A stretch of DNA of 63,998 nucleotides, filler included, from Asterionella formosa (taxonomy: Eukaryota): the NCBI GenBank assembly GCA_002256025.1. It is 4 parts of 4 records of this genome, joined end to end, with 100 filler letters (N's around TTAATTAATTAA, not from the genome) between each part and the next. Parts side by side here need not be neighbours in the genome. Positions count along the whole stretch, not along the records: positions 1 to 16,032 come from NKIB01005149.1; 3 more parts are not named here. One strand, 5' to 3'. Shown here piece after piece: positions 1 to 13,099 of this stretch. The translations under genes were made by a program, and so were the position numbers. Each line of letters starts with the position of its first letter. Position 1 is the first letter of the stretch. Below the pieces are notes generated by a model that saw nothing but the letters and a program-made list of their open reading frames with translations, had not been told where the DNA came from and did no database searches.

Positions 1-3000
1 TGACAATCATATCTTCCGTTGTTGATAGAATCTGGTTGAATCGTTTGTCCAATCATAATTCCCCAACTCTCATGAACATCTGGAGCATCTACGATGCTTG
101 ACATGAATATTTCAGTGTTTAGTCGTTTGACCGTACCGTAGTGAAATTCTAGAGGTTCAAAGCAGTTTTAAAGTGGTAACCTGGTGGTACCAGGTACCAG
201 CGGTGAGGATAACGGTAGTTGTAGGACTTCGACATTTGTACATATATTGACACTACGACAAGACTACTGATATAACCACTGTGTGTGCCTACATATAAAT
301 AGTCTAACTATACATACAATCAAACACGATTGCTTCCAACGCAATACCAAAAGAAAAACTGTAAGGGTTAGGACAAAAATTGATTTATATCCTAATCGCA
401 GTGAAAATGAGAATCAGCAATTTGTTAGTTATGTATTGCTTGTTTACAATAAAACAAACGCTTCCCATTCTGGATTGACTTACCAATTATTGATGCATTT
501 TCTAACATTTCTGAAATGTGTCAGTCGAATATCGCATTAGTACACATCAATAAGTCGTTCCACCGATGTCATTTATAAATTTTGGCAAAAACTGTTTGAT
601 TACAATTAACCTGAAAGATAAAACCACTCATGAGTCAGTTATGTTCTAACAGTTGCGCATTGATCTACCAATTTCCTTTTTTCCGTATTGGCGGTTTCCC
701 ACAGAATGCAAAATTGATGAACCTTGGACGATGGAATTGAAGGCTTTTACAATATACAACAAGTTTTCTTTTGTAAGGCAGCATTAAATAAAGATAAGCT
801 TCCAACAGCAGTCATTGAAGCCAATTCAGATGCCATGAAGCTTTCAAGCAATGCATTCGGAATTGAAAATTTGAATTCTCTCTTGGTGGAGAAAATGTAT
901 GAGTACGAAAATGATTATGTGCGTGAAAATCTGGTGCCCACATTAGTTTCAAATTTGGGTTTGGAAATAAATGGGTTGGAGGATGATCTGAGTGGCTGAC
1001 AAAGAATGCCCAATTCTTCGAAAATTAATTGACAATGTCACGAATTTACCACAGAATAATCTAAACTTATAGAGTCACAAGGTCGCTTACTTTAGTTGTG
1101 TTGTCAAGAAAACTGGAATTAATTACAGCAACAACAATGCAATCTCTATGGTAGTAGAATGCATTTTATGCTGAAGTTTTCGAGATACTGGAACTACAAT
1201 TATATGATGTGTAAATTCGAAGACAAAATTGTTGTCTTAAATAATTTTGCATCCAACTCAAAAGTTTGTTTGCCTATTTGACAAGTCTTCAGGGCATTCC
1301 AAGCAGCGACGTGATGGATTTAATTCTCTTACTATGAATGAATAGAAGCTGTGGTGACAAGAATTCCATTATCCACTCAACCATCCTTGAACAGGGACCT
1401 TAATTTCTCAGAATCTATTATGACCAACAACTGAAAGGAGTGGCTGAGACAAACACAAAGTATTCTAGTCCAGTCTACTCAAATTGGTCCATTCTAGATG
1501 ACTCCTGGTAAGCGATGTTCATGCCAACATGACGTCTCCAGTAGTGCCATAAAAACGCACCTTGAACTCGGTCGGAAGCCAATTGATTGCTGAACTTGCT
1601 TCAAGAGGAGCTACCACCAAATTTAATTACAAATGCGAGCTTCAAAATATTTTTTCGTAATATGAAATTGAAACTAGATACAAGACAATGAATACAAGTC
1701 AAAGAAGGCAAGGCAAAGTGGTGAATGCAAGTCTTGTGGCTGGGGAAGAGGGTTGATTGATGCATGGCAAAACCTTATCTTAGTTAGATACCACTTTAAT
1801 TAGACGACGGCAAGATGCACATGAAATCATCAACCTTGATTCAAGTTTGAGACACATCATGCCAATGTGTACTGACATCTTGAGAGAAAACAAAGGAACG
1901 ATGAGCACATTGGCTGGTACCAAGCGTGGAGTTATTTGCCTTGAGGTCATCATAATTACACCGAAGTGTCCTCATGCAGAAATTGCTTGCAAAGAGGCAG
2001 GGAATTGCACATATGTGTGCTTTTTGTGCCAAAGGGTTATACCGAGCGAGCGAAACCTGTCACTGAAGGAGAAATGAAGGTGGCAAGGGAAGCGTTAGAT
2101 CATGTCCATCAGAGGAATGAATTTTATAAATTCGAGCTCATCAGTATATATTGGCTTACCATGCATATCATGCCATCGACTCCAATTCAATCCAGCACTA
2201 CAGCAGCAGTGCTATCAACATGTTCGAGTGGCAATCGAAGACCTTGTAAAGAGGATGAAGATTCATGTGCATTGATGTGCCTTGTTGGACTTCGATTACA
2301 AGCTTTTAACGAACGTCAAATACTCTATGACGACAATTGTTATACATTCTAGTAGATGATACATCGATAGTATATGATCATATGATCTTCATTATAGCTA
2401 AGATGCATCGCTCACACGAATAAGATGTTTTCTATTTGCAGACGCCTACATCACAGCCTATAAATAAAATCTTGCAAGACCTAAATTAGGATCCATGCAT
2501 TCTGACAACGTCAGAATTCAAATTATAATTTAATTCATCAATTGGTAGGCCCTGTCTTTGCTTTCACTTACTAGTAGTACTTTGATCAACAAGCTAGCTA
2601 GCTAGGATGCCAAAATTTTCTGATATTGGGTTGATTGGATTGCTTTACTGGCGGTTGTTCCTTCTTCCAGCCAAAATAACTAGGTAGTGGATAGCTAATC
2701 TTACTTGAAAATTGGAAGACCAATCTAGCTTTCCAATTATTTTTTTACATTGTGTGCACAATCGTAAAATCTTGATGTTTCACTCATGAAGATTGACTCC
2801 CGAAAGAATCTTATTTTGGCCTTGCATGCTTAAATTTGAAACTTCACATGAAAACTGGTGGGAAAATTAGCCTTGCTTTCAAAAAGTGTTGCAGTTTCAG
2901 TGGCTGAATTGTTCAGACTGGCCACTTTAAAAATGAAATTTCAAATTATATTGCAATTTGTGACTACAATATGGAGCCTTCATAATGTCCATCAAATCAA

Positions 3001-3397
3001 AAGGTGCCAAAATCCTGTTTGTGGATGCACACACATGGCAACATTTGTTCAAAGGAAGTGAAACCCATTCCCTTCTCTGGCAAGTGCCTTCAATTCCATT
3101 GGAAGTTTACTTAAGAATTCAAAGAACTCATTTGCCTTTGCACTCAAATTTTTCAAAAGGCGAGGGGTTTTGTTTTTTGCTGCTCTGGTAGGATTTGGTT
3201 CAGAATATATGGGAGCACTCTTTAGGAACTATTAGTAAAAGGCATCCTAAATTTTGTAGAATGTCATATTAAAATACATTGAATTCTACGTACGGTAAAA
3301 TGATACCATTGTATTTTTCAAAAACAGGCGGGTAGACTGCCAGCTTGATAGTGAAGGACAACATGGCACATCTCTAAAAGAGCTCTCACATTCACAA

Positions 3398-6300
3398 ATG
3401 ATGAAACAAGCGAAAAAGTCAGACATCAGCGGCAGCATCAAAACTAGGAATACAGTCCCTACCCCTGCAATGCCATCATCCGCTCTACCCTCCAAGAAAA
3501 TCGCGGAGCCAAGTAGCAAAAATTACCACGGCGCAATACAGCAATTGATAAGACAAGAGTCTCCTGATCCTGCCAATGTTTGTCCTATTATTGAAAGCAT
3601 TGCAAATAATACCTTTCAAGTCCCAAATATGAATTTTGATATGAACGACTGTGAAGCAGCCAAGTCGCAAGAATCTGTAAGGACGTGGCGAATATTGCAT
3701 GGAGTACCATCAGTTACTGGCAGGAATCGCGACACTTCAAAACAAGAAATTCCTGATATATTTATGTCCCAGGACCTAGATTCCGGCGATCCTGACAACG
3801 CCAATAATCATCCTACGAAGAAGTCAGTGGCGATCCACGAAAATACCGGCACCAATTTGGGCCTTGAAACTGATGTCGTTGACTTTGTTGAAGACCCCGC
3901 AAGCATTGTGATCTCACCTAGAATTGCGGACTCTGGAAGTCCTGGAAACCAATGCAGCCTTATCCGGAAGAGGTCCCCGTCTGATTTGGAATCTATACCT
4001 GCTCGGAAACGATCACAAATGAATGCTCTGCCTTTGATTTTGAACAGTCACAAGTCAGAAGGCAACAAGATAGCAGCTCCTATCTTGATCTCTTTCGCTC
4101 CTGCGTCGACGATTGAAGTTTCACCACAAAAATCAACCCCTCTGTCATCTCCTGCTCACAGGAGGGCGTTGCCACGGAGTACAGCGACATCGATGGCTGT
4201 CGTTCGTAAGGAGCTTAATTTCACCTTCCCTCGTAATATCTTACCCGATATTGCGTCAAAGGCCGAGCGAAGTCCCTCATCTCCAAGAGCTCCGCAAAGC
4301 ACACCAGCCGTTGGCCATGAATTACCTAGTCATACGCTGGAAGCTCCACAAGACTCTTTCTTTAGAACAACTTCAGCTGCAAGTGATACATTGCCCGAGG
4401 TGAGGTTTCGGTTGTTGATGCAAGCTCAGGACGCCTTACAAGGAACGTTGACGAGCCTGGGGGAAACATCTGCCATGTTGTCGAAGGGGAAAGCATCCAG
4501 TGAAAGGAACACCGTCGCGAGTGCGATCGAAACTATAAAAGAGACTGCGACGGTGGGTGATCATCCTAAGTCAGTGAATACTTCGCCGCAACGTCAGATC
4601 AAGGAATCAACTTCCTCAAAACCCGAGATGGGGATTCGGTTGTTGATGCAAGCTCAGGACGCCTTACAAGGAACGTTGACGAGCCTGGGGGAAACATCTG
4701 CCATGTTGTCGAAGGGGAAAGCATCCAGTGAAAGGAACACCGTCGCGAGTGCGATCGAAACTATAAAAGAGACTGCGACGGTGGGTGATCATCCTAAGTC
4801 AGTGAATACTTCGCCGCAACGTCAGATCAAGGAATCAACTTCCTCAAAACCCGAGATGGGGATTCGGTTGTTGATGCAAGCTCAGGACGCCTTACAAGGA
4901 ACGTTGACGAGCCTGGGGGAAACATCTGCCATGTTGTCGAAGGGGAAAGCATCCAGTGAAAGGAACACCGTCGCGAGTGCGATCGAAACTATAAAAGAGA
5001 CTGCGACGGTGGGTGATCATCCTAAGTCAGTGAATACTTCGCCGCAACGTCAGATCAAGGAATCAACGTCCTCAAAATTCGCTGAGATTCCGCGGGGAGA
5101 ACAATCTTTGAGCCCAATCACGATTGCATTGACAAAAAATTCCAAGAAAAAAGGATTGCTACCAAATGCAAACAAAGATTGCACTGAGAAGGGGGGAACG
5201 AAAATTGAGAAGAAAAGGACTATGCCACTTATTAGGTCGAGTGTGAAGAGTCGTGGTGCAAAGAAGCTGAAGGTTGCTACCAGACAAGAAAGTCGAACAA
5301 TAGCAGACGAACTTGGATGTACCGAGCACTTCGCCGCGGCGAGCAAAGTGCAGTTTGTTGACATTTTTCCATCATCTGAAAGTTCAAAGCGAACTGTTTC
5401 TATCTGTTGTCATCTCAACCCCAATCCACCCACGCAAGTCGTTCCCTCAAACTCTGCGTACAACGAGAAGTGGCCGTGGTGTCATAGTCCTGGTTCAGAG
5501 ACGCAGACGTTTGATCCCGGACAAGAAACTCGAACAGAACGTGTCACACCTGACAACAAGGAGTGCTTTTCCACTGGAAGCAAAATAGAATTTGTTGACA
5601 TGTTAGCGTCATCGGAAGGTTCAAATAGAATTGTTCCCATCTATCGCTATATCAACCCGAATCCACCCATGCAATTCATTCCCGTTAAATCTGCGCGTGT
5701 TCTGGAATTGATAGGAAACCCGAAGAATGAGATTTGGCCAGAGTGTAACAGTGCAGGCACCAAGGAGCTGAAGTTTGCCGCCGGACAAGGAACTCAATCG
5801 ACATGGGGCATACTTGGACACAAGGAGTACTTTTCCCCCGGAAGCAAGGTTGAGTTTGTTGACAATTTTTTGTCTGGACGATCAAAGAGATCTGTTTTTA
5901 TCCATCGCTATCTCAACCCAAAGCCACCCACGCAAATATTTCCAATAAACTCTGTATTTGCCTTGCAATTATTGGAAAAACGGACGAATGGTATGTGGCC
6001 TGGTTGCCATGTCTCTGACCTATCCGAGCTTGAAATTTTGGAAAACCATTGCATCGTCGAAGTCCCACCAGTCGCTTTACCTGGCTTTGAATACCTTGTT
6101 AAATGGCCTTCACGACTCGCAGGTTTCAAACACGACATATTTGTATTCAAAGTCCCTGATTCATTTCGACCTGGCGACCAATATATCCACATTATCGCAC
6201 CTGCCTATTCGCAGTCTGCGCATGTTCCATTATCAAGGCAAAGTCAACATAAGATGTCAGATCTTCATCCATCAGGAGAAAGTCCTGGCAAGGAATGGCG

Positions 6301-7076
6301 TCATTACAAGAAGTCTTGTAGTCGAGTTGGCTCCAACTATCAAGTATCAATATTTCCTTCCTGTGCGAATTGGAAAGATAGTGAAGCCAAGGCGGAGATG
6401 TATCCTTCAGGGTAAGTTTGTGTTGTTTTCATTTTCTCTTTCTTACATAATCTAAGCTTATGGTTTGCGCTCTCCTACACTCACTTGAAGTTATGGTGTC
6501 CTTTGGGATTCTGCTAACGTGGAAACGGAAAATGCTAGGCATATCTACAACTTCGTGGATATAGCTTGTAATCGGTACAAAATGATGGAAATACTACACA
6601 ATAATAATTACTCGGCAGTGAAAGCAAACTCAATTCGATGTGACAGCCTGGATGCCACACAATTCACAAATCTGGAATGTGACTTTTTTGAAAGGCTCAT
6701 CATCAATGATATGGGAAAGCTCAACAAATCGTTCTCGAGAATAGCTAAGGCTTTGGGGAAGTCGGTCAGCGCCGTGTTGATTCATTATTATGGTGTATTC
6801 AAAGGAACGGAGGCATACAAGAACGTGAAACAAAGACAAATTGAGGACTCCGAGTGGTGCTCGGTGTGCCAGGATGGTGGCGACCTTATAAATTGTGATA
6901 GCTGCCGTCGATGGTATCACCCCAATTGTGTTGGCTTAAAGATTAAAGACATTCCCAAGGGGAAGTGGTTTTGTTTCAATTGCTCTGACGACCTTAACAC
7001 AGATGAGACGACCAATGAATCAATGTCCGCACTGCCTTCAACACCGTCACGTCCTCCACAGGCTCCATCATTCTAA
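3398..7076 (+). CDS. Chromatin protein with ELM2-like, SANT/Myb-like and C-terminal PHD finger; 2 exons seen (3398-6411, 6491-7076), further 5' exons possible
   Basis: A GT..AG intron at 6412-6490 joins the 1005-aa ORF in frame to the 6519 ORF, giving RVGSNYQVSIFP...SGYGVLWD (ELM2-like). This is followed by KSFSRIAKALGKSVSAVLIHYY (SANT-like) and CSVCQDGGDLINCDSCRRWYHPNCV...KGKWFCFNC (C4HC3 PHD). Confidence 0.85.
4407..5078 (+). repeat. Near-perfect in-frame tandem repeat, 3 x 228 bp (76 aa)
   Basis: GTTGTTGATGCAAGCTCAGG recurs at 4411, 4639 and 4867; the peptide RLLMQAQDALQG...KESTSSK appears three times. Confidence 0.95.
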
Positions 7077-7140
7077 CTTAATTACTAGTATATCAATTCA
7101 GATCTGCTTCTATCTAGCTGTCACCCTTGAACCAAGGCAA

Positions 7141-9777
7141 CTATCGATGTCCCAACCGTGCTTGCTGGACCTCATCACGAACCCTCTTCTCAGCACTGCT
7201 TGTAACATCGTTATTTGGCCGGCTGATACGATTTGGCACCACGAGGGCAGGCGGCAACTGCACCGGTTCACATTCAATGCGATCTCGAACATCTAATTCG
7301 CACGCTCGTGTCCAGTCCTTGGGATAGTCAAGTGAAAAGTGAGCCTTGCCAGCATCTGTCCATCTATTGTTTATGTCGAACGTTGTCTCGACGTTTCTGA
7401 TGTGTTTCATGAGAGGAGACTGGATCAATTGCTGGGCATTTAATTTCTTCTTCCGAGACTGTTGCCATTCTCTCTCATCGTGTTGCGTCCATTCAGTTCT
7501 ACGATCAAACTTGTCACTTTGACGCAAGTACTTTTCCAGTCGGCTGTTTGCTTGCTGAAGAGCCTCACATTTTTCGTCCAGCTGCGAGTTTCGAGTCAAC
7601 AGCCTGGCGTTCTGTTCTTCTAATTCCTCGATTCTTCGTATCATGGCTAATGGCGACATGTCCGTTTCTTCGTACTTGCTGATTTTGCTTGTCACCACCC
7701 TGTGGTTAATGCGTTCTGGGACCATCTTCTCAATTGTTTCGAATGCCTTCTTACCCCTCTTTTTGGTGGAATTAACAGCACTGGTGATTGTCTTCAGTGG
7801 ACTTGATGCCATCCAATTTCGGGTTGGAGACTTGGTCTTCTCTGCATCAGCGTTCTCATTGCTCGCTCGTAATGGATGAACAATGGGAACAGTAGTGGTC
7901 GCTACAGCTCGAGGTACTGGAGAGCTGAATTGATAATTTGGATTCATTCCTACAGGTGCCGAGTTTCCAGCATTCGAAATGGGGTCATTGGAAGGAGAGT
8001 CATCATAAGGTGCTGAAGGAGCTGACGCAAGAGGAAATTGCTGCTGTGATTGTGGAGAAAATGTGGCTACAATTACAGGAGGCGGTGGCCTCTGGATACC
8101 ACCAGGCAGTATTACTCCAGGTAGATCATTGATGTATTTGTGGCCTGATGGAAGCATGGCGCTTGGAGCAACTGGAGGGGGCAGCGGTTCAAAGTCCATC
8201 TCGTTTGCACTCATAAAGCTCGCCTGATCTTCATCCTCACTTAAAATCAAATCATCTTCAGACGAACATTCCTGATTTTTGACTGGTTTAGTAGTAAGAT
8301 GAAGAAGACGGCCTCCTCCAAGGCCAGTTTCTGCAGTTCGAATCGTTCGATTGGCGATCTCCGCTCCCTGCAAAATCTCCATTTCGTCAAGCAGCGATTT
8401 CTTCTCTGGATAGTCTCGATGACCAGCATATGCGGCCATCATAATGGTTACAATGGTTATTCCTTTATGAGCGAACAATGGCTGCAGCAACATAGTCAGT
8501 TGGGATTGTCGAAAGGACACAGCCTTGATAGATAAAGGCGCTTTATGGATACTACCTTCTTCCAAAACATTACTCATTTCTGATCCATCAGAGCTGTAGC
8601 CTTCTCCACTTCTGTGATCTATGGAAGATGATTTGCCTGCCTTGATGTATTGATTGTGTTGAATACTGCGCATGCAATGAAGGAAAGCACCGGATGAGGA
8701 CGTGCACCCAATAGAATCTCGCATGGCGTTGTTGCTCGAAGCCCGTTTTGAAACATTGACTTTATCCCCACCTGCCATGTCCACCACAGTGATGATGCCC
8801 CCCGATTGTACCACTTCATGTCGGACCATCAATACTGGTTTTACATTGATCACCACATGCCCTTTCGATGACACCTTTCCAAACCCCACCAACTTGCTTC
8901 CTTGACTGCGTGATATTCCAGCAGCAATCACTTCTCTAGCCTCGCCTGCATCTCGGCATATTTTGGAGGAAGTACCAATAACATAGTCTCCAGTTGATGC
9001 ATCTTGATCAATTTTAACTTCGTTATCTTCAGATGTCGATTTCGACGTTTCAAACGTTGCGACCATGGCCCTGACTGTATTGGCTCTGGTCTTCTTTTCC
9101 GTTGCTTTGTGTGGTTCGATCAACAAATCAGTTGTTCTGTCCTTATATACGTGCATCAGTTGAACAGAAACTCCAAATGTTTTAGAAGCTGCAATATGAT
9201 GCTTCGACTGAGAGAACAATGAATCCAAGATTCGAGGTACCAATCCATCGTCGGCATGGCGTGAGACACGGGCTCTTCCAAAGGTTGTGTACGACTTGCC
9301 CGTGTTGGGCATTCCCAAGGCAACCAATAGTTGATGCTTCGTAGGAGTTGCGGTCCGCTTCAAAGGATCAATAGCCGTCGTTGCCATGCTGAGACCAATC
9401 GCATAAAAAACAGACTCTTGGGAGGCGTTCGTGTCTAAAATCTTGTCAAAGTGATATTCCATCTCTTGACCATGTTGTATGAAATTGGGAGACCCAATCG
9501 AAGGTCCTTTGGCATCTGGTGACGTAAGGTGCATGAGTGGATGTAGAACTGCCATGGCAGATTCCTTACCTGTGGCTGTCGTTGCCTTTTCCAGAACGAC
9601 ATGATCTTCCTTTTCTTTGCCTCGCAGCGGTCGGATGCGAAGGATTGAGTGCAGCTCCATGTGATTCTCTCGTGTCGAAGCACTGATTGTTGTTGTTGAT
9701 GATGATGCTCGTTTTGGAGTTTTCTTTCTAGTGGTAATCAGGGACGCAGGTCCCATGGTTCGATTCATTCCAATCAT
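7141..9777 (-). CDS. Kinesin-like protein with N-terminal motor domain (divergent, possibly kinesin-6-like) and C-terminal coiled coil
   Basis: 878-aa ORF with LRIRPL, YHFDKIL, P-loop GMPNTGKSYT, GLVPRIL, switch motifs SSKGH and VDMAGGD, VSFRQSQLTMLLQ, and a heptad-rich C-terminal region. Confidence 0.88.
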   Translation of the reverse strand: MIGMNRTMGPASLITTRKKTPKRASSSTTTISASTRENHMELHSILRIRPLRGKEKEDHVVLEKATTATGKESAMAVLHPLMHLTSPDAKGPSIGSPNFIQHGQEMEYHFDKILDTNASQESVFYAIGLSMATTAIDPLKRTATPTKHQLLVALGMPNTGKSYTTFGRARVSRHADDGLVPRILDSLFSQSKHHIAASKTFGVSVQLMHVYKDRTTDLLIEPHKATEKKTRANTVRAMVATFETSKSTSEDNEVKIDQDASTGDYVIGTSSKICRDAGEAREVIAAGISRSQGSKLVGFGKVSSKGHVVINVKPVLMVRHEVVQSGGIITVVDMAGGDKVNVSKRASSNNAMRDSIGCTSSSGAFLHCMRSIQHNQYIKAGKSSSIDHRSGEGYSSDGSEMSNVLEEGSIHKAPLSIKAVSFRQSQLTMLLQPLFAHKGITIVTIMMAAYAGHRDYPEKKSLLDEMEILQGAEIANRTIRTAETGLGGGRLLHLTTKPVKNQECSSEDDLILSEDEDQASFMSANEMDFEPLPPPVAPSAMLPSGHKYINDLPGVILPGGIQRPPPPVIVATFSPQSQQQFPLASAPSAPYDDSPSNDPISNAGNSAPVGMNPNYQFSSPVPRAVATTTVPIVHPLRASNENADAEKTKSPTRNWMASSPLKTITSAVNSTKKRGKKAFETIEKMVPERINHRVVTSKISKYEETDMSPLAMIRRIEELEEQNARLLTRNSQLDEKCEALQQANSRLEKYLRQSDKFDRRTEWTQHDEREWQQSRKKKLNAQQLIQSPLMKHIRNVETTFDINNRWTDAGKAHFSLDYPKDWTRACELDVRDRIECEPVQLPPALVVPNRISRPNNDVTSSAEKRVRDEVQQARLGHR

Positions 9778-11448
9778 GATGGTGGCACAAAATCTGAACG
9801 TTTTCTTTTAATTAATTGTGGTTGTTCTAGGTATTGACGCGACCACGGCAAAAAGTGACCGTTTGAAAATGGTGGAGTTTGACGTCGTGAACAATCACCC
9901 AAGGCTCTGTACCTGCAAGTTGCGGTCTAGGATAAAGAAAGCTAAATCTTTAGTTGAGCAAAATTACCGCAACCTGCTGGTATGAACCAGTCACCATGTA
10001 CCTGGTACCGGTCGGTAGGTAAGTCATATCCAATTTCAGACCCGTGAGTTTGTTTGTTCAATAGTGTCAGAGCAGCATGATCAATCAAGCCGGCTGTTTT
10101 ATTGTGTTAAAATTCTGATTGAACAATGATGTCAGAAGTTACAATATAAAATATCAGTACTAAAACAGCAACTGCAAAAAAGAGTGTTCTTGATGGGTCA
10201 AGGCCATATCATGATGCATATGCATACTCTTTTTGAGATTAATGAATATAAATAAATTTACATGCATTTTTGAGGACGGCTTATCTCATGTGTGACAGCA
10301 CTTGTGATGCATGGATTTGAATGATACCACATGCTTAAATAATTTGCTGACTCTAAATAGAGCGAAGTCAGTAAGACAAGAAATATATGATGCTCGTTGC
10401 AAATGAGTTGAAGGTTCAAATCAATTTCAAAATAATCATTTATTAGTCATCATATATCATGATACAAGAAGACCTCTAAACTTACCCTTATCAATTCATG
10501 TTGTATGAATTATAATAGCATGTTTTGATGAAAATTTAACTTCGTCTAAAGTTTAAAAGAATTCTTTTTAGCATTTTCAGGGATGCACCGCCCTCCTCCT
10601 GTGGTTACAGGGAGCAAGGGGGCTCAAGAAATGCTTGCCAGAAATTCTATGAGGTTCCTGAATGAGACCCACAATTTCTTTTACTCTTCAAATTGGGTGA
10701 GCATTTAGGGGATTAGTAAAGAAATCTATTGTCTGTATATTGATGATGTTCCTCAATTTTTATTTGACAGAAAATTCTACCAATTATTATAATAGAAGAA
10801 AATGTACTAGAAATTTGTTAGCACTCCTGTGTTCAAAGCTAGTGAGGATTATATTGTCATACATATACCGTTATTGCAATATAGCTTCATCATGTAATAT
10901 TCTGAGCACCTGATCTTAATGTGAAGTTTCAAGGCATATTTACCTAGGAAAAGACCATGTACACTACAATTACTACTCATCAACCTATAAACTACAACAG
11001 TAAATAATTAATTGAGCCCCACCGTTGATGTAATATCATTATGCATCATATTTTTTTGGGAAAACAGAACCAAGGAAGAACAACTGACTAAGATGATGAT
11101 AGAAGATAGAAGGGGATAATAAAATTAGAATTCGATATGAATTAGACCAGGGCAAGTGCGGGAGGAGGACAAATCCTTATTTCTTTTTCCTGTTGAATTA
11201 CGAATCAAGCGTCACAACATATATCAAAAACTTGGGTGGGTGGAATCAATGGACTTAGTAGCCTACAATGCCTGGTACCGCGCCAAGGTCGCAGGTAAGC
11301 AACAAGGATGAAGCTCGGCTTCGCCTCGCTCCACCATGGACAAAACATGAAGGCAGGCGTCAAAGGGTAAGTAATAAACCGACATGAATGTGGTTGGAGT
11401 GTCTCACAAGAGGGCACAAGTGCAATTTTTAGTTAGTTTAAATGTTCT

Positions 11449-12658
11449 TTAAGGTTGCGGCCCCGCAGTTACACATCACGAGGTCTGTTTTTTTCCAAGA
11501 TAATTTTATTATGTACTTCAATCCACACAGCCAGTACGAGCAACGAAATAAAATAGTTAGGTAAAATTAGCTTTCACCAATACAACCACTTTGCATATGC
11601 TTAGATACAGTCATGATGGGTCAACTTAGGGGTATGATCTATATACAGATATGGTAAAGACCTCATTTCTGGAGAGAAGTGGCAGTTATCCCTCTTGGAA
11701 TCGTAACTATCCAAAAATAGGCAAAAAAGGGGGCCATCCAGCTTTTTTAAAAAATCTACGAGGGATAACTGCCACTTCTCTGCAGAAGTTAACTCCTGCC
11801 GTTATAGGGTACACGGCTATCTATTTCACTCTTCATGAAACCCCGTACATGTAGAGCAATCCTCCTCCAAAAAGTCGACCCGATCGGCTTTTTCAACAGT
11901 TGCCGAAATATTGGAATCAGAATTTGTACGTGCAAAACGTTCTCGTAAACTTGGAGTCTTGCGTAGGTATGTTTCGCTGAATAATTCTCAGTCCGAAAAG
12001 ACTCCAGGGTAAGTTCCCGCGTCACTACACATATTCTGATTGGTTGAATTGAATTTATTCATCTGCTCCAGATTGGCTGAAGTATTCCGGTCTTGTAAAA
12101 TCACGCCAGCCTCAATTGAACCACACGTATTAGATGTACTGAATCCTGGTTTGTAAAATCAGTAGCGGTACTACCAGTAGTCCATCCTGTCCTCCATCAT
12201 GATGAACCAATATTGTGTACTACTGGTACCTGGTGCTCCGAGTACCGAAATACCGTTACTCTGGGACTCCGGTACCTGGTACTGATTTACATACCGGTAT
12301 ATACCGTTGTGCGTGGAGTGATATTGAAACTACAAACAGCAATGTAGATTCATTATCAACGTATAAACAAGAGCCATGAGCATACATGTTGGCATACTCC
12401 TAATTTATATATGTGTTTTGGCGTTGAGCAAAATTATGTCTACATACAGCAACATAGAAAAAGTATAAACGTTTAAATATCATATGTGTTTTTAAATGGA
12501 ACTCTATCAATCTGGCCCCGATTCCTATTTAATTCAAATATTCAAATGGACACTCGAATCACGAGAATTCATAGTAGGAAACTCTCTGTTCCACGCCGTT
12601 TTTACAACCTTATCGATTTTTTCTCCGAACTAGGGTTAAGCCGGGGCCGCAACCTTAA
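11449..12658. mobile_element. Non-autonomous TIR DNA transposon with TTAA-GG...CC-TTAA ends (Kolobok-like termini)
   Basis: TTAAGGTTGCGGCCCCG at 11449 is the reverse complement of CGGGGCCGCAACCTTAA ending at 12658. An internal perfect 22-bp inverted repeat lies at 11673-11694 / 11760-11781. No transposase ORF. Confidence 0.8.
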
Positions 12659-13099
12659 ATAATATTTGTGAACTCGACATGCAGTCGTAGTAGGAGTGGA
12701 TTACCATTATTGTGCTGATCATTCATCAGGCTTTGGTTTTCTAGCCAAAAAGTCTTTCAGTTTCATGGATTGGTCTGATTCAAGTGAAGGTCTACAGTTT
12801 GATCAATCATGAATTAGTATATGATCGCACATGACCCTAATGCTTTTCATCTCCTTGTATCCTCATATTATAAGATACAGGGAAGAAGTTTTCTTGATAA
12901 TGATAGTATGATAGCTTGCCATTGAACCATCATCGAAATGATGCATTGATTGCCTAACTATTGGAAAATCGATCGGTTTGAGGTAAGTAGTGGGCACTAC
13001 TACTTTAGTAATTGTATTGCTCAATATTGTAAGTAAGTTTAACGCAAGCTGAATGTGTAAGAAATATTTGTAATTGGTTTTTGCATGCGAAGTTGCTGT

